Shown here: positions 1-13,905 of the stretch, one piece after another
Layout: the number at the start of each line of letters is the position of its first letter
How positions within the stretch are numbered: the stretch's first letter is position 1
Origin: Eledone cirrhosa
Taxonomy: Eukaryota
Direction of reading: 5' to 3'
NCBI GenBank assembly: GCA_964016885.1
Contig: OZ024741.1
Span: forward strand, 37,944,001-38,008,000
DNA: 64,000 bases
Made by a program: the position numbers and the translations under genes
The notes under the pieces: model-generated
What the model saw: only the letters and a program-made list of their open reading frames with translations
What the model was told of the DNA's origin: nothing
Database searches by the model: none

Positions 1-619
1 GCACATGGGAGTCCGGTCAGCTTAAACTGTCTGGATGTCATGGGCGAGAGAGACAGCAGACCGTCCGACGCGAGTGAGGTGTGAGCAAGAAAGGACCCCA
101 CTTCAGGCCAAACGGGAGGAGTGAGAAGGGGAGAAGCAGAGAGTGGGTGAGTGGAAGTGCGAGGAAGAGGCCAGTCGAGAGAAAGTGTAACTGACAGAGG
201 GGGCGAAAGAAGGTGAAAGAAAAATGAGAGAGGGGGGGGGGGGAAGCAGTAAGAGAGAAACAGACGAACGCAGCTGGGGAAAATATATATAAAAAACATG
301 AGCACACACACACATATATATATATATAAATATGTAATTGTGTGTTTATACAAAATAACTCACATATACATCCAGTCAGAGGCAGACACAGAGCCCCACC
401 CTGTAACCCACATATGCACACACATATACATTCATGCTTATACATACACATACACATACACATTTCTGAGTTAGTCGGACAAGGACAGCGTTTCTAATTA
501 TTTTTCAGGACCTCTTAGTGAGGTAGGTGGAAGGGACGGAGGTATATTCTGACCGGTAATCTGGCCTGGATGATTTCAACAGAATGAACCCAACTAAGTG
601 ACCACGACCCAACCCGATA

Positions 620-1090
620 AAGGTTTCAAATTTAGGCACAATGCCAGCAATTTTAGTGGGTTGGGGTGGGGGGAGAAAGTCGATTGAAACTACTCCGGTA
701 TTCGATTGATTCTTTAATTTTATTTATCTTAGAGAAATAAAAGTTAAAGTTTACCTCGACGTAACTAAATATCGCAAAATATTTTGTCCGACGCTCTAAC
801 GATTCTGCTAACATACCACCCTAAAGATTCTGCAAAACCCACCGCCCTCACCTAAGCTAATAGTTGTTTCTACTTTTGGAACAAGGCCAGCAATTATCCC
901 AGTACATTACTGGTACTTTATTTTATCGACCCCATAAGGATGAAAGGCAAAGTTAACCTCGGCGAGATTTGGACTCAGATCATATTCCGCCGAGGTTAAC
1001 TTTGCCTTTCATCCTTACGGGGTCGATAAAATAAAGTACCAGTCACGCACTGGGAGTCGATTTTAATCGACTTTCCCCTCCCCCAAAACT
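620..1090. mobile_element. tRNA-derived SINE cluster: degenerate copy 620-830 (-), 862-981 (-) and 985-1085 (+) forming an inverted pair
   Basis: Conserved core ccgccgaggttaactttgcctttcatccttacggggtcgataaaataaagtaccag on both strands. Confidence 0.85.
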
Positions 1091-1384
1091 AATAATGCGA
1101 CGTGAAGGGCCTGACCCTTTTAAGGACAACTATTCTGAGTCGGTGGAAACAGCTGTGCAATACGACTCCCATGAAATTTACAACCGTCTGCCGATATGTC
1201 ATATCGTTATATAAACGATATTAAACATTATAAGAACCAATTGTGTGTGTGTATGAGCGTGTGTGTGTATAAGCGTGTGTGGGTGTTTGTGTATTACTGT
1301 TTTCATAGCTAATCCGAATATCATACTCAAATACTGAGATTTATCTGTAAATTATATTTTTCAGTCAGTGGAGTACGAGATGTT

Positions 1385-1600
1385 CGAAGGAACGGGGTCA
1401 CTGGCAGCAACATTTTTGTCATTGCTAGCGGCTCACCTTACTGATGTATCAGTTGATGCTTCTGAAAGTGCTTGGTTATTCCAGCATCTTAGACTCGCTT
1501 TCACTGATCATAATGCCATGAGTGTCTTGGTTAGAGCTGTCTCACCTGGGACTTATCGCTTACCGAATGGCTGGGTTATCAATAATTACATTTAAGAAAA
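1385..1600 (+). mobile_element. 3' end of a CRE-like RLE non-LTR element; its last ~60 bp recur inverted at 3318-3376
   Basis: G..AATFLSLLAAHLTDVSVDASESAWLFQHLRLAF..HNAMSVL resembles the CRE C-terminal WLFQRLSLA..RGNA motif. Confidence 0.6.
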
Positions 1601-1913
1601 TCTACTAATCCCCTTTCTTAAGTGATGTAGTAAACACACACGCACGAGTATACACACAGGGTGAAAGGTGCGAAGAAAGAGTAAAAAGAGATTGTATAAC
1701 CTTGATCCCAGTAGAGAACACACCACTTACTATAGCACGGAACTGTACAGAAATAATAAGTCAGAAGTCTCACATAATATGAACATCTATACCGTGGACA
1801 TAATCTTTACCACTAACTTAACGATAGATCACTTCGTAGACAATGATATATTTAAATACAGATAAACACTACTTTGTAGAAAGCCAAACGAAGTCAATTT
1901 TCTCTCAAATAGT

Positions 1914-2189
1914 TTAGTAGCTCATAAGGGAAGAATATATCCAAAATTTAATAGTTTCGATTATGTAGTCGCGTGGAAAGTTGCTATATAGGTTTACAAT
2001 ATCCAAGGAAACTATATAGGTGTTTTGATATATTTTATTTGGTACGTGGTTGAGTATATCTAGATCGTCTCGTAATAAGTTCAGTATGTGTTTGCGGAGA
2101 GGTTTCAGTAAGATATCAAGGGTATTACTTAGGCGCCTGCTATAATGGACCTTGGTTTTCAGTCGATTGGTGAGGGTACAATCACACAA
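1914..2189 (-). pseudogene. Penelope-type RT fragment
   Basis: LSNTLDILLKPL..LRDDLDIL..IVSLDIVNLYSNFP..IIETIKFW resembles PLE RT motif A and its upstream region. Confidence 0.7.
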
Positions 2190-2310
2190 TTAGTTTTCGC
2201 TTTTTCACTTTTTCCTATACCTCATTGATTAGCTTATTCTTGTCTGTTTGAGATTACTTTCCATCTAGACTTGGTGAGATAATATAATTTCTTATGGGTT
2301 AGACAATATA

Positions 2311-2760
2311 GACACGTTCTCCGCCTCCAACTTAGTCGCGACGGCCACAAACCCCGGTACTGCAGCCCGCAATGCAGAGGACAGGAAGACAAGCAAATAC
2401 CGGAGCTTGTTCGGCCTCTTCATCTTTGCATCGGTCACCGTCGAGATCTCAGGCGTCCTCAGACCCTGCACTGCTGAGCTCTTCCGGAAAATCGGAACGT
2501 CAGCAGTCCGTCAAAGGAAGGAGCCCCACAAGGTGGGGTGGCTGCATTTGCCATTTTGTCCGCGGGTGGGCAGCCAAAAACACCACCCTACCCTAGACAT
2601 ACCAACCTACCAACCTTCTCCCTTCCCCCTCCTCTTCTTTTGTGGCCTAATAGTCCTTGCCTTTTCTTTCCTTTCCCTCTCATTTATTGGTATTTAAAGT
2701 CGCCCCTCACTCTCCTTTAGAGTCAGCTCTGCCCTGCTTCACCCCTCCCCCTGTTCATTA
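2311..2760 (+). mobile_element. 3' fragment of a second CRE-like element (RLE domain)
   Basis: DTFSASNLVATATNPGTAARNAEDRKTSKYRSL..F..VTVEISGVL.P..ELFRKIG...WL. Confidence 0.65.
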
Positions 2761-2970
2761 CTTAATTTTGTTTCTATTTTTAATTATTTCATATTTTCAT
2801 CATTGTATAACTGCTTTATTGTGAAATAAAGTACACACACACACACATGTATATATATATGTATATAAATACACACATATATATATACAGTATAAATATA
2901 CAGTATATAGATACAGTATATAAATATATATATATATACATATATATGAATATATATACAGTTTATGTAT

Positions 2971-3021
<51 letters not shown>

Positions 3022-3057
3022 GAAAGTTTATATATATGTATACATATATATATATAC

Positions 3058-3098
<41 letters not shown>

Positions 3099-3100
<2 letters not shown>

Positions 3101-3293
3101 ACGAAGGAAATGTGGTAAGGAACCAGGTGGACCATAACGCACCAAAGTACTCAATACTTGAGGTAGTAGAGTGGGTAATAGGAACCAGTAAGACCCCGAC
3201 AGCTGAGCTCAAGCCGTTTCGACGGCTAATTCAGTCCAGAATTAGCCGTCGAAACGGCTTGAGCTCAGCTGTCGGGGTCTTACTGGTTCCTAT
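3099..3293. mobile_element. ~200-bp asymmetric hairpin element (HHR half-motif), copy 1
   Basis: Arms 3178-3232 / 3239-3293, inside (TA)n; same as 31098-31300 and 40041-40251. Confidence 0.85.
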
Positions 3294-4349
3294 ATATATA
3301 TATATATATATATGCTCTCTTAAATGTAATTATTGATAACCCAGCCATTCGGTAAGCGATAAGTCCCAGGTGAGACACAAACACTTTTAATTTACCAGAT
3401 TTCTGACTTTAAAGTTCCAATCTTAAATCTTGATTTCTCTATATTAATTTGTTATTTGTTTTCTGCCCTCTTCACTGTATAACCTTATATTTATATTTAT
3501 TTTAAGTTGAGATAGATTATAACACAAACACATTGAATATCTCATCTTAACATCTTGTATCATACCAATCTATCCAACATATTCTGACCTTGAGATTGGT
3601 TATAGCACACACACACACACACTTTATCCTACATTATTTCTCACTTCTCCATATACATTATCATTACTTTTTCACCAATCTCTCATTTACTCTTTATTCT
3701 TTATTCTCTATTTATTTATTTATTTTCAAATTACACAAATTATATTAATTATTTTATTTTATTATATTATTTATTTATCTTCTGTTTTCTTCATTTATTG
3801 CCTTATATTTCTTCATATACATGAAATAACCCCCCCCCCCCGCCACCACCACTACGATGGTGGCGGGTGGGATGAAGAGAAAACACAAACTGAATACTTC
3901 TAAACTGTTAGCAGCAGCAAGATATAAGCTGACCACTACAACAACAACAGTACCAAAATAATGGTCGAGGTCAAATGTACTGAACAATAGCAGGCATAAA
4001 CACTACAGGGAGCCTCACCCCAGAAAGAATTCTATAGACTTCTGACTGAGGAATGCTCTCAGAACTGAACAATGGGAAGTTTGACACATTTTTTGATATT
4101 TTGTTCCTTCAACACCTTGTCCCTTCTACCATTTTATCAATTTTTAAGCTAACTCCAACAATGACAACACTAATAACTGACCAATGAGAGGAGAAGGGGA
4201 CCTGTGACACTAAAATTCGTTTGTTTGAATTCATATGACTCCAGTTCCCCAGTGAATTAACAACCCAACAAGGAACTGGGCATATCAGAGTATTGACAAT
4301 ATCATACACCTAAACAACATATGTACTTGTCTATACCGTACTAATTCAA

Positions 4350-4404
4350 ACTGCCTGAAGAGGTCACAGCCAAAGATGGCTGTCACTGAAATATATATAG
4401 CAGT
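4350..4404 (+). ncRNA. Type I hammerhead ribozyme (CUGAAGA core) at the end of a pLTR-like segment
   Basis: ACTGC-CTGAAGA-GGTCACAGCC.aaagat.GGCTGTCACT-GAA-ATATATAT-A-GCAGT, followed by AATAAA. Confidence 0.85.
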
Positions 4405-4605
4405 AATAAACGAAGCTAAATTTTAATCATTTGACTTTTATTTAACTTTATTTTATATATATATATATAAGAAAGTGAGGTTTTTTTACGAAAAGAAAAA
4501 TAACCGAGGTATCCTACACGAGTGAAAGTATAAAGAAAAAAAGATGAAATCGAAAATGCAACTGGAGTCTTATTTTTTTAAAAAATATATATATTTATTT
4601 GGTTC

Positions 4606-4641
4606 CTTTACCGGTTTCGCAGTTCTTCTGCTTTTCAAAAG
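4606..4641 (-). ncRNA. Minimal hammerhead with U3:A8 core variant
   Basis: CTT-TTGAAAA-GCAG.aagaa.CTGC-GAA-ACCGGT-A-AAG. Confidence 0.6.
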
Positions 4642-5781
4642 TAGAGTTGAGATGGAGGGTCTGTGGTTTTTCTCACATCTGGTTGGTCTCTGAATGTTAC
4701 TTGTTTTATATGGAAAAAGTGGCTCGAAATGCCAGGTTTTTCGAGAAGTAATTTGATTGGTTGGTCAATAATTATAATAAATTTTGCGCCAGTTCGCGTT
4801 ACAAAGTTCTTCAAACAAGGGGGTGGGGTGAAACAGGTTGTTTTTTTTCATATATGAGTGTTTGAATTTCTTTTTACTTGAAAAAAGGGGCTCACGAAGG
4901 CTTTTTTTTTAATAAGCGTAATTTGATTGGTTATAAATGAAATTATGGCTGTCACGTAAACAAGTTTTCATTAAATTTTCGCGCCCTTATTTGGAAATCC
5001 ATTCTGTAGCCTTTTTAGAGAATTTTATGATAAGTAAAAGATAATGGTCAAGAGAAATGGGATGGGAGAATTGTTCTGGTTCAGTGAATATGGTTAGTTC
5101 ACTGGGGTCTCAGAATTCAGATTTTCCATTGAATAAAGAAAGTAAAGATATGTATGTTTATTTGTGTGCTTGTGTGTGTGTGTGTGTGTTGTGTGTGTGT
5201 GTGTTTAAATTTCTTTTTACTTAAAAAAAGGGGGGCTCACGAAGGCTTTCTTTTAATAAACGTAATTTGATTGTGTGTGTGTATATATATATATATACAC
5301 ACACACATATATATATACATATACATTATATACATTCATATAAAGGGGACGAATTAAAAAAATACAAAAATACAATACGTATGCTAGTCTGTTGTTATAT
5401 ATATATATTCCAGTTTAGAGGTTAGTCGGTGGTCTGATAACAGAGTCGTAGTCAACAAAAGAAGACAATCAATGGCCGCTGAAAACGGTGTGACAGAACC
5501 ATTGAAATTACTCTTTGTTACTTGTATGATTATTGTCAATAGAACGTCTCTGCTTCAAAGGATACTGCTGCCTTTTCAATGGGTTTATTTGGCGTGAACA
5601 TGACATACCTTCACGTGCTTTCATAGATACATGTAGGAAACATTAGTACATATTGCTTACTATAGACACACGCATTCTTTCTTACACACACATTCTTTCA
5701 TACACATATGTTTACGCACATACACACGCACACACGTTAACACATATAGTTTCACACACTCTCTCACATACACCATCAAAA

Positions 5782-5908
<127 letters not shown>

Positions 5909-5921
5909 TAAACACACACAA

Positions 5922-6135
5922 ATAAATATAAATGTTTATAACTGATTCAGAGTACTCGACAGCTTTCTGGAGTAAATATTCAATGATATTAAATAAATGG
6001 AAACTATATTTATAAAACCATATTTATTCAATTATATATATTTCAAGGGTACCAACATTTTGGTACCCTTGAAATATATATAATTGAATAATTATGGTTT
6101 TATAAGTATAGTTTCCATTTATTTAATATCATTGT
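5922..6135. mobile_element. Hairpin element pivoting on HHR stem II (family of 9685-10140 and 30850-31025)
   Basis: Arms 5981-6054 / 6061-6134 centred on tttcaagggtacca-acattt-tggtacccttgaaa. Confidence 0.8.
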
Positions 6136-6332
6136 ATATACATATATATATATTTCTAAATTTCTGTCTATAGGTATAATGTATGTTGTTACCCGAAGGT
6201 GATCGGAAAGAAACCATAGTTAAATAAAGTACTCAATACGTTAGTAGATGAGAATCATATTTATTATATATAGAAATGACTTCTACAGCACTAGAACTGT
6301 TTCATTCATATGAAATCACCAGGAATGTTCCA

Positions 6333-6381
<49 letters not shown>

Positions 6382-6454
6382 TATTAGTAGATGCACTAAC
6401 ACAGCGTGATTCACAACAGAGCTATGTATGAAGGTATTTACATGTTTCTATATA

Positions 6455-7068
6455 ATGGCTTCTGAGTTAGCCACAGGACCAACACATTTTGGAGGAGGGG
6501 AAAATCAATTAAATCGACCTCAGTGTATTACTGGTAATTTATTTTATCAGTTCCATAAGGATGAAGGGCAAAGCTCACCTCGGCTGGATTTGAACTCAGA
6601 ACGTAAAGGGCCGTAACTCTAAGCCGTGAAGCAGAATGTCTGACGCTCTACCGATATATATAATGATTTCTACTATAGGCACAAGGCCAGTAATTTTGGG
6701 GAGGAGAAAGTCGATTATATTGACCCTAGTACGTTACTGGTACTTTATTTTATCGACACCGTAAGGATGAAAGGCAAAGTTAACCTCAGCGGGATTTGAA
6801 CTCAGATCATAAAGGACCGTAACTCTATGCTGCAAAGAATGGCGTCCGACCCTCTACCGATACTGCCAATCCGACCCATATATATAATTGTTTCTACTTT
6901 TGGCACAAGGCCAGCAAATACCCAATACTGGTACTTTATTTTATCGACCCCGTAAGGATGAAAGGCAAAGTTAACCTCGGCGGGATTTGATCTCAGAATG
7001 GAAAGTGCCGTAACTCCATGCGTTAAAGCCTGGCGTCCGACCCTCTACCGATACTGCCAATCCACCGA
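6455..7068 (-). mobile_element. Three head-to-tail copies of the tRNA-derived SINE
   Basis: Units ~6455-6655, 6665-6878 and 6886-7068, with A box (tggcagtatcggt), B box (gagttcaaatcc), core and ggccttgtgcc..agtagaaa tail on the minus strand. Confidence 0.88.
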
Positions 7069-7229
7069 TAATAAACATACATAAGTCGTGTCACAGTTAT
7101 CTTAGCAGCCATGTGAGGACGCCAGACACGTGTCTCATGATATTTAGCCAGTCAAGACATTGTCATGGAAAGGCATTTAGTCTGCATTTGAAATTAAAAG
7201 AACCTGAAGGAATCTAAATGCCACAATAC

Positions 7230-8418
7230 ATCACCAACACCACCAACACCACCACCACCAACACCAACACTACCACCAACACCACCACAAATACATCACC
7301 ACCACTACCACCACCACCAACACCAACACTACCACCAACACCAACACTACCACCAACACCACCACCACCACCACCACCACCACCACCACCAACACTACCA
7401 CCAACACCACCACAAATACATCACCACCACTACCATCACCAACACCACCAACACCAACACTACCACCAACACCCCCACCAACACCAACACCACCATCACC
7501 ACCACCAACACTACCACCAACACCACCACAAATACATCACCACCACTACAATCACCAACACCACCAACACCAACACTACCACCAACACCCCCACCAACAC
7601 CAACACCACCATCACCACCACCACCACCACCAACACTACCACCAACACCACCACAAATACATCACCACCACCACCATCACCAACACCACCAACACCAACA
7701 CCAACACTACCACCAACACCACCACCAACACCAACACCACCACCACCACCACCACCACCAACACTACTACCAACACCACCACAAATACATCACCAACACC
7801 ACCAACACCAACACCACCGCCAACATCACCACCACCACCACTACCACTGCCACTACCACCACCACTATCACCACCACTACCACTACTACCACTACCACTA
7901 CAACCACCACTACCACTGCCCCCCACCACTACCAACACCAGCACCAGCACCACAAACCACCACCACCACCATCACCACAAACTACCGCCACCACCACATC
8001 TGCTGCACCCCAATCCTCCTACTATTCCTCCCCCACTACTACCACCACTGCCACTATCACCACCACTACCACTACTATCACTACCACCACCACCACTACT
8101 ATTACTACCACTACCACCAAAGCCACCACCATCATCACCACCACTACCACCACTACCACCACCACCACCACATCTGCTGCACACATCCCCGATCCTCCCA
8201 CTAATCGCCCCTCTCACTATTCCTCCCCCACCATACCACCATCACTACCACCCATTCCCACTGTTCCTCCCCCACTACTACCACCACTACCATCACTACC
8301 ACCTCCCACTGTTCCTCCCCCACTACTAACACCACTACCCTCACTACCACCCCCACTGTTCCTCCACCACTACTACCACCACTACCCTCACTACCCCCCC
8401 TCCCACTACCCCCCCCAC
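7230..8418. repeat. (ACC/AAC/CAC/TAC)n trinucleotide low-complexity array with internal ~120-bp higher-order repeats
   Basis: Recurrent ccacaaatacatcaccacc anchors; all reading frames give T/P/H homopolymers. Confidence 0.9.
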
Positions 8419-8539
8419 TGGAAGGTTCTGTATTGCCAAATGGTTTATTATAACCATGTGCGGCAAAGATCAAAGAAACGAAGCAATTAAAATTACAAAT
8501 GGAAGAAATAAAATTTAGAGTCCAACTAAATTACATGCG

Positions 8540-9199
8540 CTGTGTGTGTATGTGTATACATAATGTATATTATTGTACATGTGTGTGTTGTACATATATA
8601 TGTATATATATGCGTGTGTGTGAATGTATGAATGTATGTGTATGTATGAATGTATATTGTATGTATGTATGTATGTTTGCATGTATGTATGTGTATGCAT
8701 GTATGTATGATTGTATGCATGTATGTGTATGTATGTATGTATTTATGTATGTGTGTATGTATGTATGTAAGTATGTGTGTGTATGTATCTGTGTGTATGT
8801 ATATATGTGTATATGTATGTATGTATATGCATGTATATGTATGTATATGTGTATGTGAGTGTGTATGTGAGTGTGCATGTATGTATGTATGTATGTATGT
8901 ATGTATGTATGTATGTATGTATGTATGTATGCATGTATGTATGTATGTACGTATGTATGTATATATGTATGTATGTGTGATGTATGCATGTGTGTATGCA
9001 TGTAAACCTGCACGTATATGTGTATGTATGTATGTGTGCACAATTGGAAAAAAATGTTCCACATAGACAGGCATTCACATAGACAAAAATACACACACAT
9101 GCACAGCTTTATGCACACATGCACATATATTTGTATGTTTGTCTTTATATATGTGCGTCTGTGTGTGTCTGTATATGTATATATGTATGTGTATATATA

Positions 9200-9250
<51 letters not shown>

Positions 9251-9607
9251 TACACAATAATCAAAGCTATGTTCAAATCATTTTATTGCTTTCAATCGTT
9301 TCTTCCAAAGTTTCGTTTGGAATCATCGGCGCGCTAGCAATGTTTGTACATATTATTAACCCCCTTTTCAACTGAACAATCATATAGATACATGTATGTG
9401 GGCACAATTGGAAAAAAACTGTTCCACATAGACAGGCATTCACACAGACAAAAATACACACGCATGCACACAGCTTTATTCATATATGCACACATGCACA
9501 TATATTTGTATGTTTGTCTTTATATATGTGCGTCTGTGTGTATCTGTATATGTATATATGTATGTGTGTATATACCTATATATATATAGGTATATATATA
9601 TATATAA

Positions 9608-9682
<75 letters not shown>
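8540..9682. repeat. (TATG)/(TG)/(TA) compound microsatellite with a ~170-bp duplicated segment (9039-9205 / 9402-9580)
   Basis: gcacaattggaaaaaa..gttccacatagacaggcattcaca.agacaaaaatacacac occurs twice. Confidence 0.85.
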
Positions 9683-9684
<2 letters not shown>

Positions 9685-10140
9685 AAGTTATATTTAAAAT
9701 TGTTGGGTTACAACTAGTAAATATTTATAACTGATATAAAAGCACTCGACAAATATTTGGAGTATATTTACAATATTAAATAAATGGAAAACTATATTTA
9801 TAAAACCATATTTATTTCATTATATATATTTCGGGGATATCATATTAACAATATGCTATGCCTTCATCAGACAAAATACAATATAAACAGTTTTATAGAT
9901 AAATAAATATATTCGACATACCGTAATAAACATCAACTTCATGCGACATGGTCGCATTCTTTAAGGGTATGTCAATATTTGTTTATAAAACTGATCTATA
10001 TTATATTTTATCTGATGAAAGCGCACCATAATTTGCTTTGGTGTCCTTGAAATATGTATAATGAAATAAATATGCTTTTATAAATATAGTTTCCATTTGT
10101 TAATATATTGTATTTTTACTCCAAAAATGCTTTATATCAG
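9685..10140. mobile_element. Fold-back pLTR element with HHRs at 9813-9878 (-) and 10004-10068 (+)
   Basis: Imperfect inverted arms; both carry CTGATGA..GAAA cores with an 8-bp stem I. Confidence 0.75.
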
Positions 10141-10145
10141 TTTGG

Positions 10146-10918
10146 AATTAAGAGTATTCCGCAGTTCACATATTAATAATAATATTAGCTCAAAGTTATA
10201 AGGTTGGTAATTTAAAACTCTAATTCAGTGATTTGATTCTGACTTAGTTTTTTTCTATTTAATTGCTAAACCTGTAGATATTGTTCTCTATACAGTAACG
10301 GTAAAACTCACTTGTAATAATTCTTTACACACATCTCACTGTGTAACACACTTCTATTTGTGTAATATATTTGCATTTGAGCTCGGAAGAAAATTCTCTA
10401 TTCTTCTTTGAGCTAATATTATTATTATTACTGTGAACTGCGGAATACTCTTAATTCCGATCCTTGTACTTAACGAGCTCCAAATGTTGAGCTAATAAAT
10501 TCGAATGGTTGGGCTGTTCTCTCTAGCATTTTCCCCAATCCATGAGAGCCGTTATTTGATGCAAATAACATGTGATTTCACCCTACTCTGGGCAGTGTGT
10601 ATATTAGCTTTCTCTCTATCCATGAGGTTAGATGTGTCGTGAACAGTGTCCACATTTGCTGACTGAGGATCCTGTGGACTGTTATACTGCACATGTCGGT
10701 GGTGAAACGAAGCGAGATTCGTATCAGCAAACTTATAGTTATAAGGTTGGTAATTTAAAACTCTAATTCAGTGATTTGATTCTGACTTAGTTTTTTATAT
10801 TTAATTGCTAAACCTGTAGATATTGTTCTCTATACAGTAACGGTACAACTCACTTGTAATAATTCTTTACACACATCTCACTGTGTAACACACTTCTATT
10901 TGTGTAACATATTTGCAT
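10146..10918. repeat. Composite repeat: inverted pair 10144-10196 / 10406-10459 and direct repeat 10195-10378 / 10737-10918
   Basis: Visible sequence identity; probably a PLE-type pLTR rearrangement. Confidence 0.7.
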
Positions 10919-10996
10919 ATATATATATATATATTTAATATAAAAATGGCTTCTACAGGACTAGAAATCTTTCATTCGGTAGAAATCATCAGGAAG

Positions 10997-11047
10997 GGCT
11001 TCCTGATGATTTCTCCCGAATGAAACAGTTCTAGTCCTGTAGAAGTC
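10997..11047 (+). ncRNA. Type I hammerhead ribozyme; inverted degenerate twin immediately upstream (10948-10996, -)
   Basis: GGCTTC-CTGATGA-tTTC.tccc.GAAt-GAA-ACAG.ttctagtc.CTGT-A-GAAGTC. Confidence 0.85.
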
Positions 11048-11947
11048 ATTTCTACATTAAATATTTATACTCTGCTATGTATTGAGTACCTTACTTACTC
11101 TGGTTACTCCCGATTGAATCCGGGATAAACTTATAAATATATTTTTATATATATATATATATATATAAATTAGGATTGGTGCTATGAAATAGTGATGTAT
11201 ATGTATAGTATATTTGACAATATACTATATACTTAATTAAAAACATTTTGAAGACCTTGCGCTATTATTTTAAAGTAGTGACTATGTCACTTACTTCTTT
11301 TTTCAACAAACGAAGGCAGATAAGCTGACAGACCTGCTTGACACTGTTGGTGATCATCAGAGCATAGCACTCGCCGACCCTTGTTGAAAATATAAAGGCT
11401 GGATTCTTATAGAATTCCAGTAATAATCAGGAACTGATTATACAGAGCGATTGACGGTCCAGCAAAAATTGAAAATTAGGATTGGTGCTATAATAAAAGT
11501 AACGAAGATCACTAGTATTAAGTCAACGTACTCCACCGAATGTCTTGCTCACTCAATGAATCTGCCGAATTGCTGTAAATCAGTTGCAATCAGCTGTTCA
11601 GAGTGTTCACATTTAGTTAATAGCAGTTATGGTGGCTGTGTTTTGGTAGAGATAAAGGTAAAAATCTCAACTCCTGGACGATATCGTTTCTGTGCAACAT
11701 AACTTCACAAATGCAGTTATAAGATCCTCAATGTTCAGAAAATCATGTAATATCAATAGATATTTACGTAACCGGGCTGAAACACTTCATCAGCAGGTTG
11801 CCCAAGTCATAAGATAGGTCTATACTGTGTATGTTAGCCGTTACCACTGGAAAGGTATCTAGTAGTTCTTGCCATTCTCAGACTCTGCCTCTAATGAAAT
11901 TATATATATATTAAGTTAGTTATGGCCTGGAACCTAACAAAGTTATC

Positions 11948-12058
<111 letters not shown>

Positions 12059-12115
12059 CGTGCGTGCGTGTGTGTGTGTGTGTACATGTGTGCGTGTGTG
12101 TGTATGTATGTATGT

Positions 12116-12751
12116 CATGTCGCTCTTCAGCGCTACTGGTAACATATAACCCTGTAGAACCTGTGAATGATGGGGTCGACGGCGACTAAACCGGCAACCC
12201 TACTAAGCTTACCCGGTGAGGAGGGCGATTTGGGACACCCTACGGGATGAAAAACAAAACTCGTCAAAGGGCGGAGGAACTCAGGGGAGTCAACGACCAT
12301 CCAATAAAGTGTTTTTCTTTTGTTTTGAGTGAAAGACTCCTCGTCTTCATTAAGATAATTTTCTAGGAAAAGGTCACTCTTATATAAAACCTGCGACTTC
12401 GTTTGCATCCAATGATGTAGACCAGTTACTTCTCTTTGGGAAATGCATTCGATGTTCAGAGAGTCGGATTGGTCCCGTGCATAAGCCTTTCCTCCCTTAA
12501 AAAAGCTTTAAGCGCAAGCATCACTTGATATGTGACATTTTTTGCGATGCATAGTATTGCTGGCCATAGGCAAGTCCCCAGACGGACTAAGAAGCCACGT
12601 CCATGATGCTCAAGCATCATTATCAAGCGATGGCATTACTCGAAATCGTGTCGCAGCAATCATGTATGTATGTATGTATGTATGTATGTATGTATGTATG
12701 TATGTATGTATGTATGTATGTATGTATGTATGTATGTATGTATGTATGTAT
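12116..12751 (+). mobile_element. RTE-derived non-autonomous element (5'UTR-like body + RTE-type 3' stem-loop) with (TATG)n tail
   Basis: No ORF. Shares blocks with 62949-63458 (aaaacaaaactcgtcaaagggc, agagtcggattgg). Ends ctcgaaatcgtgtcgcagcaatcat(gtat)n like the other copies. RTE assignment is from recalled UTR motifs. Confidence 0.6.
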
Positions 12752-13495
12752 GTGTCTCAGACGGATCCATGGCGTTCACTGGAGGGACCACATCAGTGAT
12801 GTCGAGATTTTGGAAAGCTCTATGTGTGACAGTATAGAAGCTCTTGTGCTTAAGCAACGACTCCGCTGGAGTGGTCACCTTGCCAGGATGAAGGATTCTA
12901 GAATACCAAAACAACTCTTCTATGGAGAGTTGGTTAAAGGAAAACGACCGCCACATAAACCAAAAAAGAGGTATAAGGATTCCTTGAAAGCCTCTCTGAA
13001 AGACGCTAACATCTCTGCTGATACATGGGAAAATGTTGCTGATGATCGTAATAAATGGAGAAAGACTGTATATGAGGGAAAAGTTGCCTTTGAGGCATCT
13101 CGAATCGCACACGAGAAAGTAAAGCGGAATGTGAGGAAGGGCATTGCTGTTGCACTTCCAGACGGCGAGGGTCCTCCTATGGTGCTGACATGCAGCGTCT
13201 GTGCGAGACTCTGCCTAAGCAAAGCTGAACTCGAAAGTCATCTTCGCAGTCATAAAGTAAGACCAGTGGTTGACTACCAGGCTGCTGTTGGAGATGCTAC
13301 TCATCATGCTTGCCAAACATGTGGTAGAGAATGTAAATCAGCAGGAGGGCTCAAGCGATATGCAAAAGTACACGAACTCCAACCACAGCCGACTATTCCC
13401 AGTGAATGTTTTGGTTGCCGACTCTGTGCAAGACATTTTAGATCATTGGCTGGGCTAAAAAGCCACATTTGATCGCAGCACTGTTAGTTGCTATC
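12752..13495 (+). mobile_element. 5'-truncated RTE-clade LINE: RT C-terminus followed by three C2H2-like zinc fingers
   Basis: LRRIHGVHWRDHISD..QRLRWSGHLARMKDSRIPKQLFYGEL..RYKDSLKASLK..W..DRNKWR is the typical RTE C-terminus. It is followed by CSVC..SHLRSH, CQTC..AKVH and CRLC..KSH. The ORF-track N-terminus is only (TATG)n. Confidence 0.88.
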
Positions 13496-13602
13496 GTGTG
13501 TGTGTGTGTGTGTGTGTAGATATGCTTATGTGCGTGCGTGTGTGTGTATATATATATGAATATGTATATTATTATTGTTGTTGTCGTTATTATTATTATT
13601 GC

Positions 13603-13660
<58 letters not shown>

Positions 13661-13722
13661 GTTATTAATGTATGTGTGTGTGTATATGTGTGTGTATGTA
13701 TGTGTGTATGCATATATGTATG

Positions 13723-13757
<35 letters not shown>

Positions 13758-13905
13758 CTTTTTTTATTTTTTTATTTATTATTATTATTATTTTTATTAT
13801 TATTATTATTATTATTATTGTTATTGTTATTCCTTGAATCTCAGTCATTGATGTTGGTTAACTGGAAAGTCCGTTGGATTGAATATCAAGCCACTACCTG
13901 CAGCC

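Noticed and set aside
492-530. Possible 14-nt micro-exon (tttttcag|GACCTCTTAGTGAG|gtaggt)
   Set aside because: Splice-like motifs alone are expected by chance, and no partner exons were identified.
7218-8204. 328-aa Pro/His/Thr-rich ORF
   Set aside because: Translation of an (ACC)n-type low-complexity array; homopolymers switch with frame slips and there is no domain signal.
11770-11800. CTGATGA on the minus strand
   Set aside because: No stem II/GAAA/stem III arrangement follows.
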